DNA of 63,740 nucleotides, counting the filler, from Hyphochytrium catenoides (taxonomy: Eukaryota > Protista > Hyphochytriomycota): assembly GCA_900088475.1 (NCBI GenBank). It is 5 parts of 5 records of this genome, joined end to end, with 100 filler letters (N's around TTAATTAATTAA, not from the genome) between each part and the next. Parts side by side here need not be neighbours in the genome. Positions count along the whole stretch, not along the records: positions 1 to 27,737 come from FLMG01001712.1; 4 more parts are not named here. One strand, 5' to 3'. The notes beneath the pieces were generated by a model. The model had not been told where the DNA came from. It worked only from the letters and a program-made list of their open reading frames with translations, and did not search any database. A program made the translations under genes and the position numbers. This document shows, piece after piece, positions 12,961 through 25,518 of the stretch (positions are counted from its first letter, which is position 1; every line of letters begins with the position of its first letter).

Positions 12961-13283
12961 ATGAGCGCCACTTCCCCTCTTCTTCCTTCTTTTTTATACT
13001 TCCGACCGCCACCTTTCCTGCGGCGGTGCTGGGAGGTTCCGAAATAGCGCGTCTTTGTCCGCGGTATCCAGGACGGACCTCTACATCCAAGCCCTTCCCT
13101 AGCCTCATATATATAGGTATGGCTCCGGTTGCGAATGGTCCACTATAGAGGGTTTCAATACTATCCTGCATCGATAGCGATTCCTTGAGAATCAGAAGGG
13201 TAAGGTCGGAAATAACCAAACGTTTCAAAAGCGGCAACCTAAAGTCCAGAAAGGTGGCCCCTCACTTTAGGTTCCGAAGAGTC

Positions 13284-13366
13284 ATTTCTCTCTCTCTTCC
13301 CTCTCCCTCTCTCTCTGTCTCTCTCTCTTTCCTTTCTCTCTCAACTCTCTATCTCTCTCTTTCCTT

Positions 13367-13416
<50 letters not shown>

Positions 13417-13417
13417 T

Positions 13418-13450
<33 letters not shown>

Positions 13451-13470
13451 CTCTCTCGTTTCCTTCTCTC
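13284..13470. repeat. Imperfect (CT)n microsatellite
   Basis: Directly visible. Confidence 0.9.
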
Positions 13471-13803
13471 CGCTGTCCTATTAGTCTGTCCTCTCGTCTG
13501 CAAGAAAGGGGCATGGAGTTTCCTTTTCGCTGCTCTCTCTTTGCTCCTCCCCACTCCTCTCTCCTTCCCTTTAATAAAAAATCCACATTCTCCTCCTCTC
13601 TGCCTTTTACAGATATCTTGCACTCCTTTCATCATGCCTCTTCCTTTCTTCAACGCCAACTTCTCCCCTACCTGCCGCTTAGCAAGCCACTCCGGCCGCG
13701 ATGCGAAGGTCTTTCTCATTGTACTTATGACAAAGCCGCAGAACTAATAGAAAGTCGACCACGGTGCCTTGTAGAAGGTGGAGGAGAGAAGTGTCAGTGA
13801 GAT

Positions 13804-16800
13804 ATGACGGCTAGGATTCGCAGCCGTAGGGCGTTAAGTGTCTTTACCGCCCTTATTTACCTTGCCCTTTACTTATCGCCCTCTCTCCTACCTTTTGGCT
13901 CTGCCGGCTGCTGTCCTGGAGACTGTTCTGGGCACGGGACTTGCGCGACTGTGGAAAATGGTTGCATTTGTCGGTAAGGGCAGCAAGATGATAAGGAGCC
14001 ATCCCTGAGCTCCTCGAAGGACCTTCTGTAAGCTCTCATTATAAACTCTGCTATTCCTCGCCTTGGGCTTTCTTTTTTCAGGTGTCAAGCGGGATGGCAA
14101 GCTGGCGACTGCTCGGAGAGTAAGTAGAAGCATCCATTATTCATCTTTCAACAAATAATATTTTTTTCCTGTTCTTCAGTATGCAATGTTCTTGCTCAAT
14201 AGACTTCCCTTATACGGCCACTATAGCTAGTAATACCCTCTACCCTTCGCTTGCCTTTCGTTGCTTGCTTCGCTTACTGGTTCGACGTTCACTCGTCTTC
14301 CCACAACTTGTTAACCGTAGTCTCTTGGCATTGCAGAGGTTTGCCCCTTTGGGCTCGGCTGGACACCCCCACAGGAAGTTCCTGGCCCTGTCTCCTCAGA
14401 TCAGCTCCATGTGCGAGTCGAATGCTCTCACCGAGGGTATTGCGACCGTCGGACAGGTCGGTGCGTATGCCAAGACGGCTTCGAAGGCCTTGCCTGCGAT
14501 AGAACTAGTTGCCCTTTCGCTTGCAGCGGGCATGGCGTGGTAAGAGACACGTCTTTTCGATGAGGATCTCTCCCAGTTATTCCTTCTCAATAGTGATCTC
14601 TTAGTTGCCATTTATGGGCGCCTCCTGAGTCATGCCGTTCAAGCTGTTTATCCGCTGCCCAGCCCAGTTAATAAGCAGATACTTCCCCTTGCGAGCCTCC
14701 TTTCATTCCCCGCTCATGCTCCACAATTAACTCTTCACAACGCCTACATCGTACTTTGATATCCTTTAGTGCCAGTCTCTTAGGCAGTTTGCTGCGGAGA
14801 AGAACCCTGGTTTGGGACCTGTCCATCCCTATAGCAATGTATGGGATGCAGATAAGCTATACTCCTGTATCTGCGATCGAGGGTACAGCGGCCCATCTTG
14901 TGCTATTAGAGACTGTCCATACGGCGATGACCCTCTAACTGGTTCGCTCGGCGATTCTGTCTACGGAGAGCAAAAGAATGAAAGGCAGCAACTCATCTGC
15001 ACAGCGAGCGGGGGAAAGTTCTCTTTGTCCTTCCAGAAGCAGAGTACAGAGCCTATCTCCTTCTCTGCGAATGCAGCGCAACTGAAGGCAAAGCTGGAGG
15101 CTATCGATGCAATCAAGAGCGTATCTGTCACTATATCTTCCCCTTCCTCTCCGCTCTCGCCCATATGCACTGCCCTGGGAGATGTCGCTGTGTCTATTGA
15201 GTTCTTAGAGACGTTCGGACCTCTTCCTCTTCTTTTGGCGGACGCCAGGAAGCTGTCACACACCACCGTCCCTTCTGTAGTGATTAGCCGCTTGACGAAA
15301 GGGAACAAAGAGAGTCTTCCTTGCAGTGGGAGAGGTAAATGCTCATCACTGGGCTTTTGTCAGTGCTTTGAAGGCTTCGCGTCCAGCAACGGAAGCAATG
15401 CTCCTGGTAAGAGGGGAGATTGTGGATATCTGATCCCTGGGACCGTGGCTACATGCCCTACCTTTGACCCTGCGAAGGAGTGCTCAGGCCATGGATTGTG
15501 CCACCAGGCCCCGAATTATAAGTGTGAGTGCTTTCAGGGCTGGAAAGGGGGAGATTGCTCCCAGAAGTAAGTACTCTCCTCTCCCTTCCCTGCGTCCTCT
15601 CCCTTCCCTGCGCCCTGATACTCTTTTATCAATATACCGGTCTCCGGTGATTGATACGTTGGCAAAAGACTTGATGTGTACTGCACCGTCGTTTGAACAA
15701 GGTCTTCTCTCATTTCGAGTTTCATCGCCCTCTCTCTACCTTGGCTGCTGTGCCCTCGCAGCATTGTGACTTATTCTGTCGCCGACTCCCTGTGTTTCTT
15801 GCTCTTACTTCAGACGTACAGCCAGTGCCTTAATCGCCTACCTCTGTCTCTCGTCCTTTTGTTAATTTCTTTCCTCTTGACAAATCTCATCACTCCTTCA
15901 ATACTATTCGCAGAGCGTGTCCCAAAGGCCGTTCTTGGTTCGACTACCCAGCAGATGAAGACTCGGCCCATCTCCAGCTCACTGAGTGTAGTGACAGAGG
16001 AACCTGCGACTCTGCGTCAGGCACTTGTCTGTGCTCGCGTGGGTTCGAAGGTGGTGCTTGTGAGAGAATGAGCTGCCCTCCTATCATTGACAATAACAGA
16101 GGCCGGGAAGTGGGCCAGCCCTGCAATGGTCATGGACAATGTTTGAGCGTAGGACTGATAGCTGAGAAGCTGACTTGGAATGGCATGTTGCGAGGCATCT
16201 CGTACGGAACAGATCCGAACAACCCAAAGACGTGGGATGCCGAGAGAGTTCAAGGTGAGGATAAGTTTAACCTTCATGGGTTCGTGCCGTGTCCCACACA
16301 TAGCGCTCGGGTCCTTGCTGCTCCCTCAGTACCCTTTCTCTCATCATATCTATCTAGCGCAATTCAAGGAGAACGATGATTCTAAGTGCTGATCCGTATG
16401 CAGGATGTTTGTGCGACAAAGGATGGGAGGGCTACGACTGCTCCAAGCGCTCGTGTCCAACAGGAGACAATCCTGCAACCGGAGGACAGCAGCATGAAAT
16501 GCAACAGATTATCTGTCAAACGCCCCCCGGGGTCGGAACCTTCTCCATATCCTTCAGGGGCCAGACAACAGGTGCGAGACCTATGGCGCTAGAAAGAAGA
16601 TGGCATTAAGGAAAAGAACAAACCGTCAAGCGTACTACTTAGCGCTAACTTGATGGTTATCACTGCTTGCCAGCCCCCATCAGCCAGACGGCAAGTAAAC
16701 AGGAGTTGAAAGAGGCACTGGAAGCTCTAGAAGCGATGGGAAGCGTGGACGTGATCTACTCTGCAGGCTCTAGCGCTTGCACCGCGGATGGAAAGAACAA

Positions 16801-17216
16801 GATTTCAATCATCTTCCGCTCAGAATTGGGCCCTCTTCCAGACCTTGTGGTGCAGATTCCCTCGTCGGGAGGTGCGCGTATCTCTTGGCTTTTTGTCAAG
16901 AAGGACGAGAGTACTGACCCTTTCTCCTCTTTACTATGTAACTTAGGGATTACCGGCACCATAGAGGTGTTCACCGCTGGGCGCCTAGCTAGCGAGACAG
17001 TGCGCGGGACTATGGAAAATCTTCCTTGCAGTGGAGGTGGACTTTGCGACCATGAAACAGGTTCCTGCTTGTGTTCAATCCCTAACATTATCCATGCTGA
17101 GCACCTCATAACATCCCCATGTCTTAGGCCTCTGCCAATGCTTCGACGGCTATGGCAGCAGCGACGGTAATGGTGGACGAGGCACACGAGGCGATTGTGG
17201 CACTAAGATTGAGTAG
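13804..17216 (+). CDS. Secreted Cys-rich EGF-like/tenascin-like protein (mastigoneme Sig/Ocm-related motif set) with two tandem modules; multi-exon
   Basis: Hydrophobic signal (..VFTALIYLALYLSPSLLPFGSA), CPGDCSGHGTC, ECSHRGYCDRRTGRC, WDADKLYSCICDRGYSGPSC..CPYGDDP. The second half has WDAERVQ|GCLCDKGWEGYDCSKRSCPTGDNP and ends RGDCGTKIE* at 17216. Confidence 0.85.
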
Positions 17217-18541
17217 TTAGACGTAACTACTCGGCTAAATCAAACAGGACCGAGAGAGCCTTGATAGGAAAGGGAAACCTCCTTCTACGGCTTAGAAGTC
17301 AGTTGGTCTCTCTTGACAGGGACGGGTAGAGAGGATACGGTGGTGCAGTAGGCGTATCATAATATAGCGGACGCGAGCGACTATGTTGCCTCATCTCGGC
17401 CGTGCTTATGAACAATGTGGTCAACAATCACGCAGGAAGAGCTCTACCGTGCTGATCATCCCACCCTGTTGTTCTAGATGGACGATGCATGCCTAGTACG
17501 GAAGTGCCACCTTGACAGCCTCTTTCCTGGCACTTCTCTCACCCTGGGCCTCTCTCTACCTGACTCTTCCTAGCGTCAATTTGATGAATTGAGTGGCTGC
17601 CAGCAGCAGACACTGTGAGAGGACCGGAGACCAGGTCTCAGCACACAGCGGCAACGTCTTCCTCCCTTCAGAGTGAAGCTTCTCCGGTCCGCCGTCGTCT
17701 TCCTCATCGTAGAACTTTCATCACGTCGCCTTCCAAAGGCTTCACAGATCTTTCAGTCGGGGAGTGTTACAGACCTCATTCAGTTATCACATGAATTCGA
17801 TTCTCGTCTGATTCTTTTGATGTCGGTTACAGAAGCTGCTTGATGGTGACCAGAGGATCGATCACAGCAGCAGCAGAAGACAGACCTGAACTCCGCCGCC
17901 CGAGATGGGAGCTGGCGCCGTGATAATATTCCTCGTCTAGCCCGCTCTGTCTCGCCGTTGAGCAGGCAGCTACTGCCCTAGAAGATAGTAGTAACCTACG
18001 TCGTCACCTCCCGGTATGTCCCTCGCCAAGGCAGTGCCATCACCACCACCAGGGCTTAAGGGTCCAAAGGTCTAATGTCCAGGCAAGGGGCCAGCAAAAG
18101 GTAGAAGCTCAAGAGAGAGTTGAGCCGAGATGGTGACACAGTCTCCAGCTGCTGCGGCTGCTGGTGCCCAGGGAAGGACCACTGATAATGATCAGAGGCT
18201 GCTTGCTGACCGCCTCTCGCGCTGCGCACACGTGCACTCAGTGACATATAACGGGACAGCCAACCCCACCGATCACCTTCATTTTCCTCGACAGCCTTTC
18301 TCCTTTGACTTCTCTCACCTACTTATTCGGTAGCCCCACTTACCTGACCTCTGACGCCGTAAGTCGGAGCACCACTTGTGTCTGAGCTAAGTCTCTGCGG
18401 GGTTTATTATTCGAAAGACATCCATAGTCAAGCATCCAAAGCAGAGCTTGGTCTCTATAACATCCAGCAAGAGTCAAGCTCTTCTCCAGCGCTCGACGAC
18501 TGGTCTTCTTTGTCTGCCTCTTCCGCTCTCGTCTCTCTACC

Positions 18542-21500
18542 ATGGGCTGTACGCAGTCGCAAGAGCACAATGTTGCTAATCAGAACCTGGTGGCCAACCT
18601 TGTGGTCTCGCACCAGACAGATGCCAAGTTTGAAGACTTCTATACGATCGCCGATGAGCTGGGCAAAGGCAAGTTACGTCCCGCGCCCTTGATGTAGACA
18701 CCCTCATTGATCCTCTCCCAGACTATTCTCTGGCCCTTGCACCTTTCAGTGGTCTCTGCAGTTTGCATGGCCTCTTGTTCCTCAGCTGTCCTTGCATTCG
18801 TCTTGCTGATGTTGATCTTCCTGGTACGCTGGACCGTTACCCTCTAGGTGCCTACGGCTCAGTACATCTGGCCATCAAGAAGGACTCCCAGCAGCGCTTT
18901 GCCGTGAAGGTGTACTCGAAATCCAGTGACCACATCGCTGCATCAATGTATGTCCTGGGCCTACTTTGGGACAGTTCTCTTGCAGTTCCCTCGTATCGAC
19001 GCTGAAGTTTCACACTTCGTTCCTGTCGGGTTGGCCTTTGGCATTGAAAGGGTTTGGAGAGTCCCTAACTTTGTCCTCGTTCTCCTCCTTCAGGGACGAG
19101 ATTGCTATCTGGAAAGGCGTGCAGCATCCAAATATTGTTCGTCTAGTCGAGACATTTGATGGTAGTCCTCTCTAAACGCTGTCTTCCTCCTTCTTTGCTA
19201 CCATCCTATCTCCCTTCATCTCGTCCGCGACTGAGTCGACCTAATATCTTTCTCTTTCTCCCGACCCGATCGCCTGAATTCAGCGCCGGATAACATCTAC
19301 CTGCTCATGGACTTGTGTGAGAATGGCTGCATGTTGAAGCACATGCAAGACCTAGGTAAGATACTCTGTCTCTCTATCGTTCTCGGGCATGGCGGATATT
19401 AACTCCATATCCCAGGCAAAGGCTTGCCGGAGCCCATTGTTAAGAGAATCATGACTCAGCTGTTCTCAGCTGTCCGCTATCTTCATGAAAGCGGCATCTG
19501 CGTAAGTGAAAATAGGCATACAGGGTTTGGAATCTTTCGCTGGATCTGCAGTCTTCTCTCTTCCTCCTATTCTCATCATACTCCGATGGCATCCTGTGCT
19601 GTTACGTCTGGCCCTTCTTCCTCAGCCCCTCTCTCTGGATCCAATCAGCGGCTTACAGTCCGTAGATCCTCTCAAACTCATCATCCATTCCTTAGCATCG
19701 AGACATCAAGCTGGATAACGTCCTAATAGACTGTGCGGGACATGATATAGAAGTGCAGCTGTGCGAGTAAGCTTCCAAGACCTCTTTTCTCTCTACGCCT
19801 GGGCACAGTCTCACGTCCGCTGATCTCCTCTTCTTCCAAACATCCTTTCCACTCCTCCGCGTCTTTGCTTAGCTTTGGATCCGCTACCAGGTTCGAGCCT
19901 AACCAGGACTTGACTCTCCTAATGGGCACTGTGCAGTATATGGCGGTATGCTTGATCGGCTCTCGCGTCGACAGATCCTGTGTGCCTTTGCATCCCTAAC
20001 GCCTCCCTCTCTCTTACCCTTACTGCTCTGTCGCTCTGTCTATCCCATCTATTTGGCTGCCACTTTACTTCGGCATATTGCTCCCATGGTAGCCCGAAGT
20101 ATTCGCGGGTCGGTATAATAACGTAAGTGACCCCAAGCTGAGATGGAAAGGAAGCTAGGCGCTAACATTTGGCCCTCCGTCCTACATTGTGAAATTTCTT
20201 CCTCAGCTGTGCGACATGTGGAGTCTAGGCGTCATCATGGTGAGTAAGCACTATGCCTTTCCCCGTTAAGGTTCCTTTTTGGCTCCATACAACACGTGCC
20301 GCTACTTGCTCTGGCTTCTCCCTTGGACTGTACACCAGTCATCTGCGTGATCCCTATCTGACACTGCTGTCTCGCCCCTGAACGTCTGCGAACTATGCAG
20401 TTCATGCTTCTTTCGGGCAAAATGCCATTCTTTGGGAACACGAACGAAGAAATCATTCAGATGGTTGAGAACAGTAAGGTGAGCGTGCGTTCTTAAACAA
20501 TACGACGGGACATGTCATGCCGGAGGATCCCTGAGAGTAGATTAGCGAGTTAGCCGCTGATCGCCAGCCTTAGTAGTAATCCTCTTAACCAATCTCTTAT
20601 TGGCAGATCGATCTATCCGGGGAATTCTGGCAGGGAATCTCTACACCTGCGAAGAGTCTATTGAAGAGATTGCTGCAGGTAACTGAAAAGGGATCTGTAC
20701 CTATCATCTTTCTCTGTTCTGTAGCTCCTATTCCCAGCTTGTCAATCAAGCGTAGCTCTGTGGGACACATATTCCCTCTAGTGTGCCTCCTCTTGCGCAT
20801 ATCTCTCTTTCAACCCCTGCTCCTTGCTCTGTTGCTCTCAGAGGGACGTGACGAAGCGCTACACAGCGGATCAAACCTTGAAGCATCCCTGGATAAACAG
20901 TGACGCCCGGCCCAGCCTGTACGAGACTACCTCTTTCCGCTATGGCCATCCACTATTTGAAGTCCACATTGCGTCTCAAGGCTGCTCCTATCTCCCATTC
21001 TCCAGAAACCGCAACTTTTCTGAGTCTCTTTCCTTGATATCCCTTGACATGCTTCATCTTCTGACATAATCACCCTAGGAACCGTCGCAACTCGGACTCT
21101 CTGTTCCGAAGGCTGAGCACCTTCTCAAAGTATGGAAAAGTGGAACGTGCAGGTGAGCTCAGCAGCCCCTTGGACATCTTTGCAATTGCTATGAGAGTCA
21201 ACACGTTCTCTCTTGTCTCCAAGTGCTCGCTCTTACCATCCCTTGCCTATGTTCTTATCTTCTGCTGCCTTCTGTCATCGTTTCAGCCTTTCTGGTGCTC
21301 GCCTTCACTCTCCTGCCGAAGGAGGTCCAGGACATCAAGAAGCTCTTCAACGACCTTGACTACACGCATGTGAGTCCTTCTTCCCCCTCCCCGCTGTACC
21401 TGGTACTACCCCGTTGCTGACCATAGCCTTGAAACTCTTCTCATCTGCATCTCCTCAGAGCGGCGTGATCAGGCAATCTGAGCTGCGGGATGCCCTGGTG

Positions 21501-23140
21501 CGGGATGGTCACAGTGAAGAAGAAGTGCTTGAGATTTTCAACCAGTAAGTAAGCGCGAAGTACAGTCGAGGAAAGAATGTCCTGCGGATGTCTTTTGCGA
21601 CGCCTTCTCTCCCTGCTTTCGTCCTCCGACTTCATTGACGAGAGCCTGCCGGCAGCGTGCTGTATAAAAGACAGAGCGAAAGAGAGAGTGTGTATGTGTG
21701 TGAGAGAGAGAGGGGAAGACGAAGGGGGGAGGGGGACGAGGGAGACAGAGGTGAGAGAGAGAGAGAGAGAGAAAGAGAGAAGAAGAGGTTACGCCGACTA
21801 CAGGCAAAGTTGTGGTCTTGAACCCGCGCTTAGGGCCTTTTATCACCTCAGGCTCCAGGACGAGGATGTGCATGGAGTCAACTTTTTGGAGTTCGTAGCC
21901 GGTGAGATACTCCATCCCTTCTCCCAACTCTCCCTCTTTGTTCTCTTCTCTATCTCTCCCCATCTCCGCGTTACCTATACAGTTAGCGACTCTCCTCGGC
22001 AGACTAGTTCTTGCAGCGTTTCAACCTGCATTCTCATGCGTCAATCTCTCCCACAGCAATGGTCCCGGCGTCTCGTTACCTGGAGGACTGGCGTCTAGAC
22101 AACGCCTTCCGGATCCTGGACCGCACGCACTCGTCGGTCATCACCATTGAAGACCTCAAACGTGAGATGAGAGCCTCTCCGCTGACTATCCAGCTGCATC
22201 TTTCTCTCTTTGTGTGGTCTAGTGCCTAGTCTGTGGCACAGCGTCCTTTCTTCTCTTTCTTTGACGTATCTCCGCTTCTTTGGTCTGATAGAGCTCTTCG
22301 GAGATGAATTCGAGCCTGCGCTTGTGGGTCAGCTGATCGAGCGCATGGATTCTGATGGAGATGGAAAGGTCACACTGGAAGACTTCAAGCAGAGCATGAA
22401 GGTACAGCCATTTCAGAGTCTGTCATCACTTCTCACGGCATGTTCTTCTCCATGTGCCGCTTCTGCTCGCCATGCATTGAGCCCGATTCTTCGGCACGCC
22501 CTCATCTCTTCCTGCTTCTTTATCTGCAGAGATATGCAAGCAGTCAACAGCTGGAGGCTAGAGGCTCACCAAGAGTAAGAGCTCTTTTCACTGCAGTTCA
22601 AGTCTCCACGTTTATGTCATTACTAATCTCACGCGCCTCTTTGTCCTTGGCTCCATTCCCATCCGACAGAACTCGACCAGCACCCTCGACCAGAAAGAGC
22701 TAGAAGCGCTCTCTTCTCCCCCGATTCCACCCTTTGACGCACAACTTCCGTCATCTGCCGATGCTCCTCAGCCCTCAGCCGCTGAGAGTCCGATCAAGCA
22801 GGCAGGAAAGCTGTTTGCCCCGCTAGCAGAAGGGAGTGAAGAGAGCTCCAGTTCAACTAGTTCGTCTGAGCACCCACAGGCGGAGGAAGGAAAGGACAAT
22901 GATACTGCCACAACCACAGCCTCTGCTATATCTCCAGAGTCAGTTGAAGCAAATGTCCCGACTGAAGCACTGCCAAAGGCACAGAAGGAAGAAACTAGGT
23001 CCAGTAAGCTAGTAGACGAGCAGACGAAAGAGGACAATGAGACAAAGGCAGAAGAGCAGCCTTCCAAGGCTGAGGAATCGACACGGCAAGCTGGCGCCAC
23101 AGATATCAGGCCTGTTGAAGTCCCAGTGGCAGCAGAGTGA
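18542..23140 (+). CDS. Calcium-dependent protein kinase (kinase + calmodulin-like EF domain + acidic tail); many short exons
   Basis: MGCTQS acylation motif; LGKGAYG, FAVK, HRDIKLDN, D|FG, YMA|PE, DMWSLGVI, LKHPWI; junction domain; four EF-loop positions, the last DSDGDGKVTLED; TGA 23138-23140. Confidence 0.9.
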
Positions 23141-25518
23141 CCATCAGGAGAAGCGGACACTTTATTCTATCATAATATTTCTCGGTACTCCGTACTCTAA
23201 CATAATCTTACGTATACCTTTCGATAGCTACCAGCCCGCGGACCGCTGACGGCAGCTCCTATCGCCCACTACCTCTCCTTTGTCTTCCTCCGCTGCTTGT
23301 CTGCTGTCTCTCCTGCTACCCTGATATCTCCCTTCTCTCTCTCCCTTGCCTTCAGTCTCTGCTTCAACCCCTTGTCGTGCCTCGGTAGGCTGAATAAATA
23401 CTTAGTCCACGAACATCTGCTCTTCCCCTGTGTGTCTCTTACCGTTAGGCTTTGCGACCTCGTCGGAAGTGCATGTCAGCTCATAGCTCGTCGTCTTCTT
23501 TTCCTTCTCTCCGTCCCATCGCGGGGTTCTTAGAGCAATGGAAGAGCGAGAGCCACATTGCAGATGGCCAAGAGAGGAAGCAGGCGGCCCAAATAGCGAT
23601 GGTATCTCCTATACCGCGGACTCTCCCCTAAGAGAGGTTGCACGAGGCAGGAGAGACCTACTAATGTACTTCCCAGCACTGCGTGAGGAGATCGTAGATG
23701 CTCTCTGTGGCCAAGGGAAGAGAACGCAATGACCCTGTGGACAGACGAAATGCGAAGATTAGAGAAAGGGGCATAAGGGGAAGACATGGGAAAGGCCAGT
23801 AGCGCCAGGCCGAGAGGACAGAGCGTAGAGGTGGAGGTAGAGTTACCCTGAAGATCTTCCCATGTTTCTTACCATCCAGTGGCCACTGTGATGACCCCCG
23901 TCATCTGCACGGCAGCGTGCACTTGGTAAGGGCTTTGAAGCGGCTTCTCCTCCGATTCTTGGTCTTCTTCTCTATTCTTCTCGTCTTCCTTCTTCTGCCT
24001 AACTTCTTTTGACTTTGAGCTTTCCTTCTCTCGCTGTATGTGCTGCAGTTTTTGACGCTTCACGCGCCGTGCTACCAAAGCGCCGGCTGACGGCAGAAAG
24101 GAAGTAAAAGCTTAGCCACAATGCATGTTCCAAATATGACAGAAGAAGGGCCACAGGAGGACAAGGTACAAGCTCTGAACGATACGAAGAGAAAAGAGAG
24201 ACCCGTAGATGAAGAATGAGCAGGAGATTGAGCGGAAGAGAGATACTGGCTGAGCCTAACGGCCAAGCAAGCACGTGAGAAAGGCGTTCTTTACCAGGGA
24301 AGATGACCGTGAAAGCGAGCAGCATGCAGCTGCCATGCGCCACGAGCGCCGTGCCAGACAGAGCATGTATGGCCATCCTACCCGACAGCAGTCAGAGCCT
24401 TGTTCGCCTCTCAGGACAGCCTACTGTCTAGGCTGCGCCACGTACTGAAGCGTTGAGGCGTCGGCAGTGAGACGCTGGAGCTTCGTCCTCGGATTCTTCC
24501 TCTTCTGGCTGTCGATTGAAGTGCCACATCGCCACATCATGAAGACACTTCCGCGTCAGAATCATGGTTGTATCGGCCCCATACCAAACCTTCAGGGAAC
24601 ACACGAAGTAGCCCTGTAGGTTGCGGGCATTTTCATTGATATAAATCGTCCCCATGCTGCTTGACCGAATATAGTCTTGCCATTTAGTCTGGTATCCGAA
24701 GTTAACCCTTCGTGGGACGATGTAAAAGGCCCCAAAAGAGGCGACAAACCTGCCTGCCCAAGGCTTCTCATCAGTGTTGGAGGCTCAGAGCTCAACACGC
24801 GAGGAAGAAGAGACTTGAGCAAGAAGTTCTGAGCTCTTGACTATCTTCCTTGTGGACAGCAGTCCTTGTGCTCCTTGAGTGAGCCTTCAGGCAGTAGATG
24901 AGCCGCATGGGCGCAGGATTCTGTTGGCAGCCGAACCTATCGCGTCGCACTGGGGAGGAGAAAGAAGATGGGAAGACTTGGGCCAAGAAAAGCTTTGCAG
25001 GCATCTCTCCTCCCAATCTGCTTTTCTCAGCTAATGGCACGGTCCTTGGCTCTCTTTTCCCCATCATTGCTCAGCCTTTAAGCTCTTAATAACGCTGTTT
25101 TGACCTCTATGGATAGGGGCTACTGCTGTTAGACATGCCCTCTGCCCTTCAATGATGATCCTGTTGTGGGACACTTCTCACTCTACCTTGTCCCGCTCCC
25201 TGCCATGCCACATCAGCATTCTCTTTTCAAGCGTCGCCCCGCTCTTGACATGGAAGTAGCCTAGCTAGCATCAATATAGCAGACCACCAGCAGCAATCAT
25301 GCAGTCACTAAGCTGCTTGCTCGTGACATTCCTTCGCAGCAATCTTTCTCGCGTTCAATCACTTCCTCATCATTGGTCGTTCTTCTATGCATGTCTAGGT
25401 TACCAGCAGTAGCACCATGTGTTCTTTTATAAGGTGAAGATTATATTAGATAGATAAGTGACAACGCTGCTGAGGGAAGCAGCAAAGTCTTCATTTAGAC
25501 GTAAAGCCAATGCACGCA

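Noticed and set aside
21800-21850. tRNA B-box-like GGGTTCAAGAC on the minus strand (similar at ~60465 and ~62432)
   Set aside because: No cloverleaf or A-box can be built.
23530-25090. Short ORFs between CDPK and P450
   Set aside because: No recognisable motifs or consistent exon chain; probably decayed repeat sequence.
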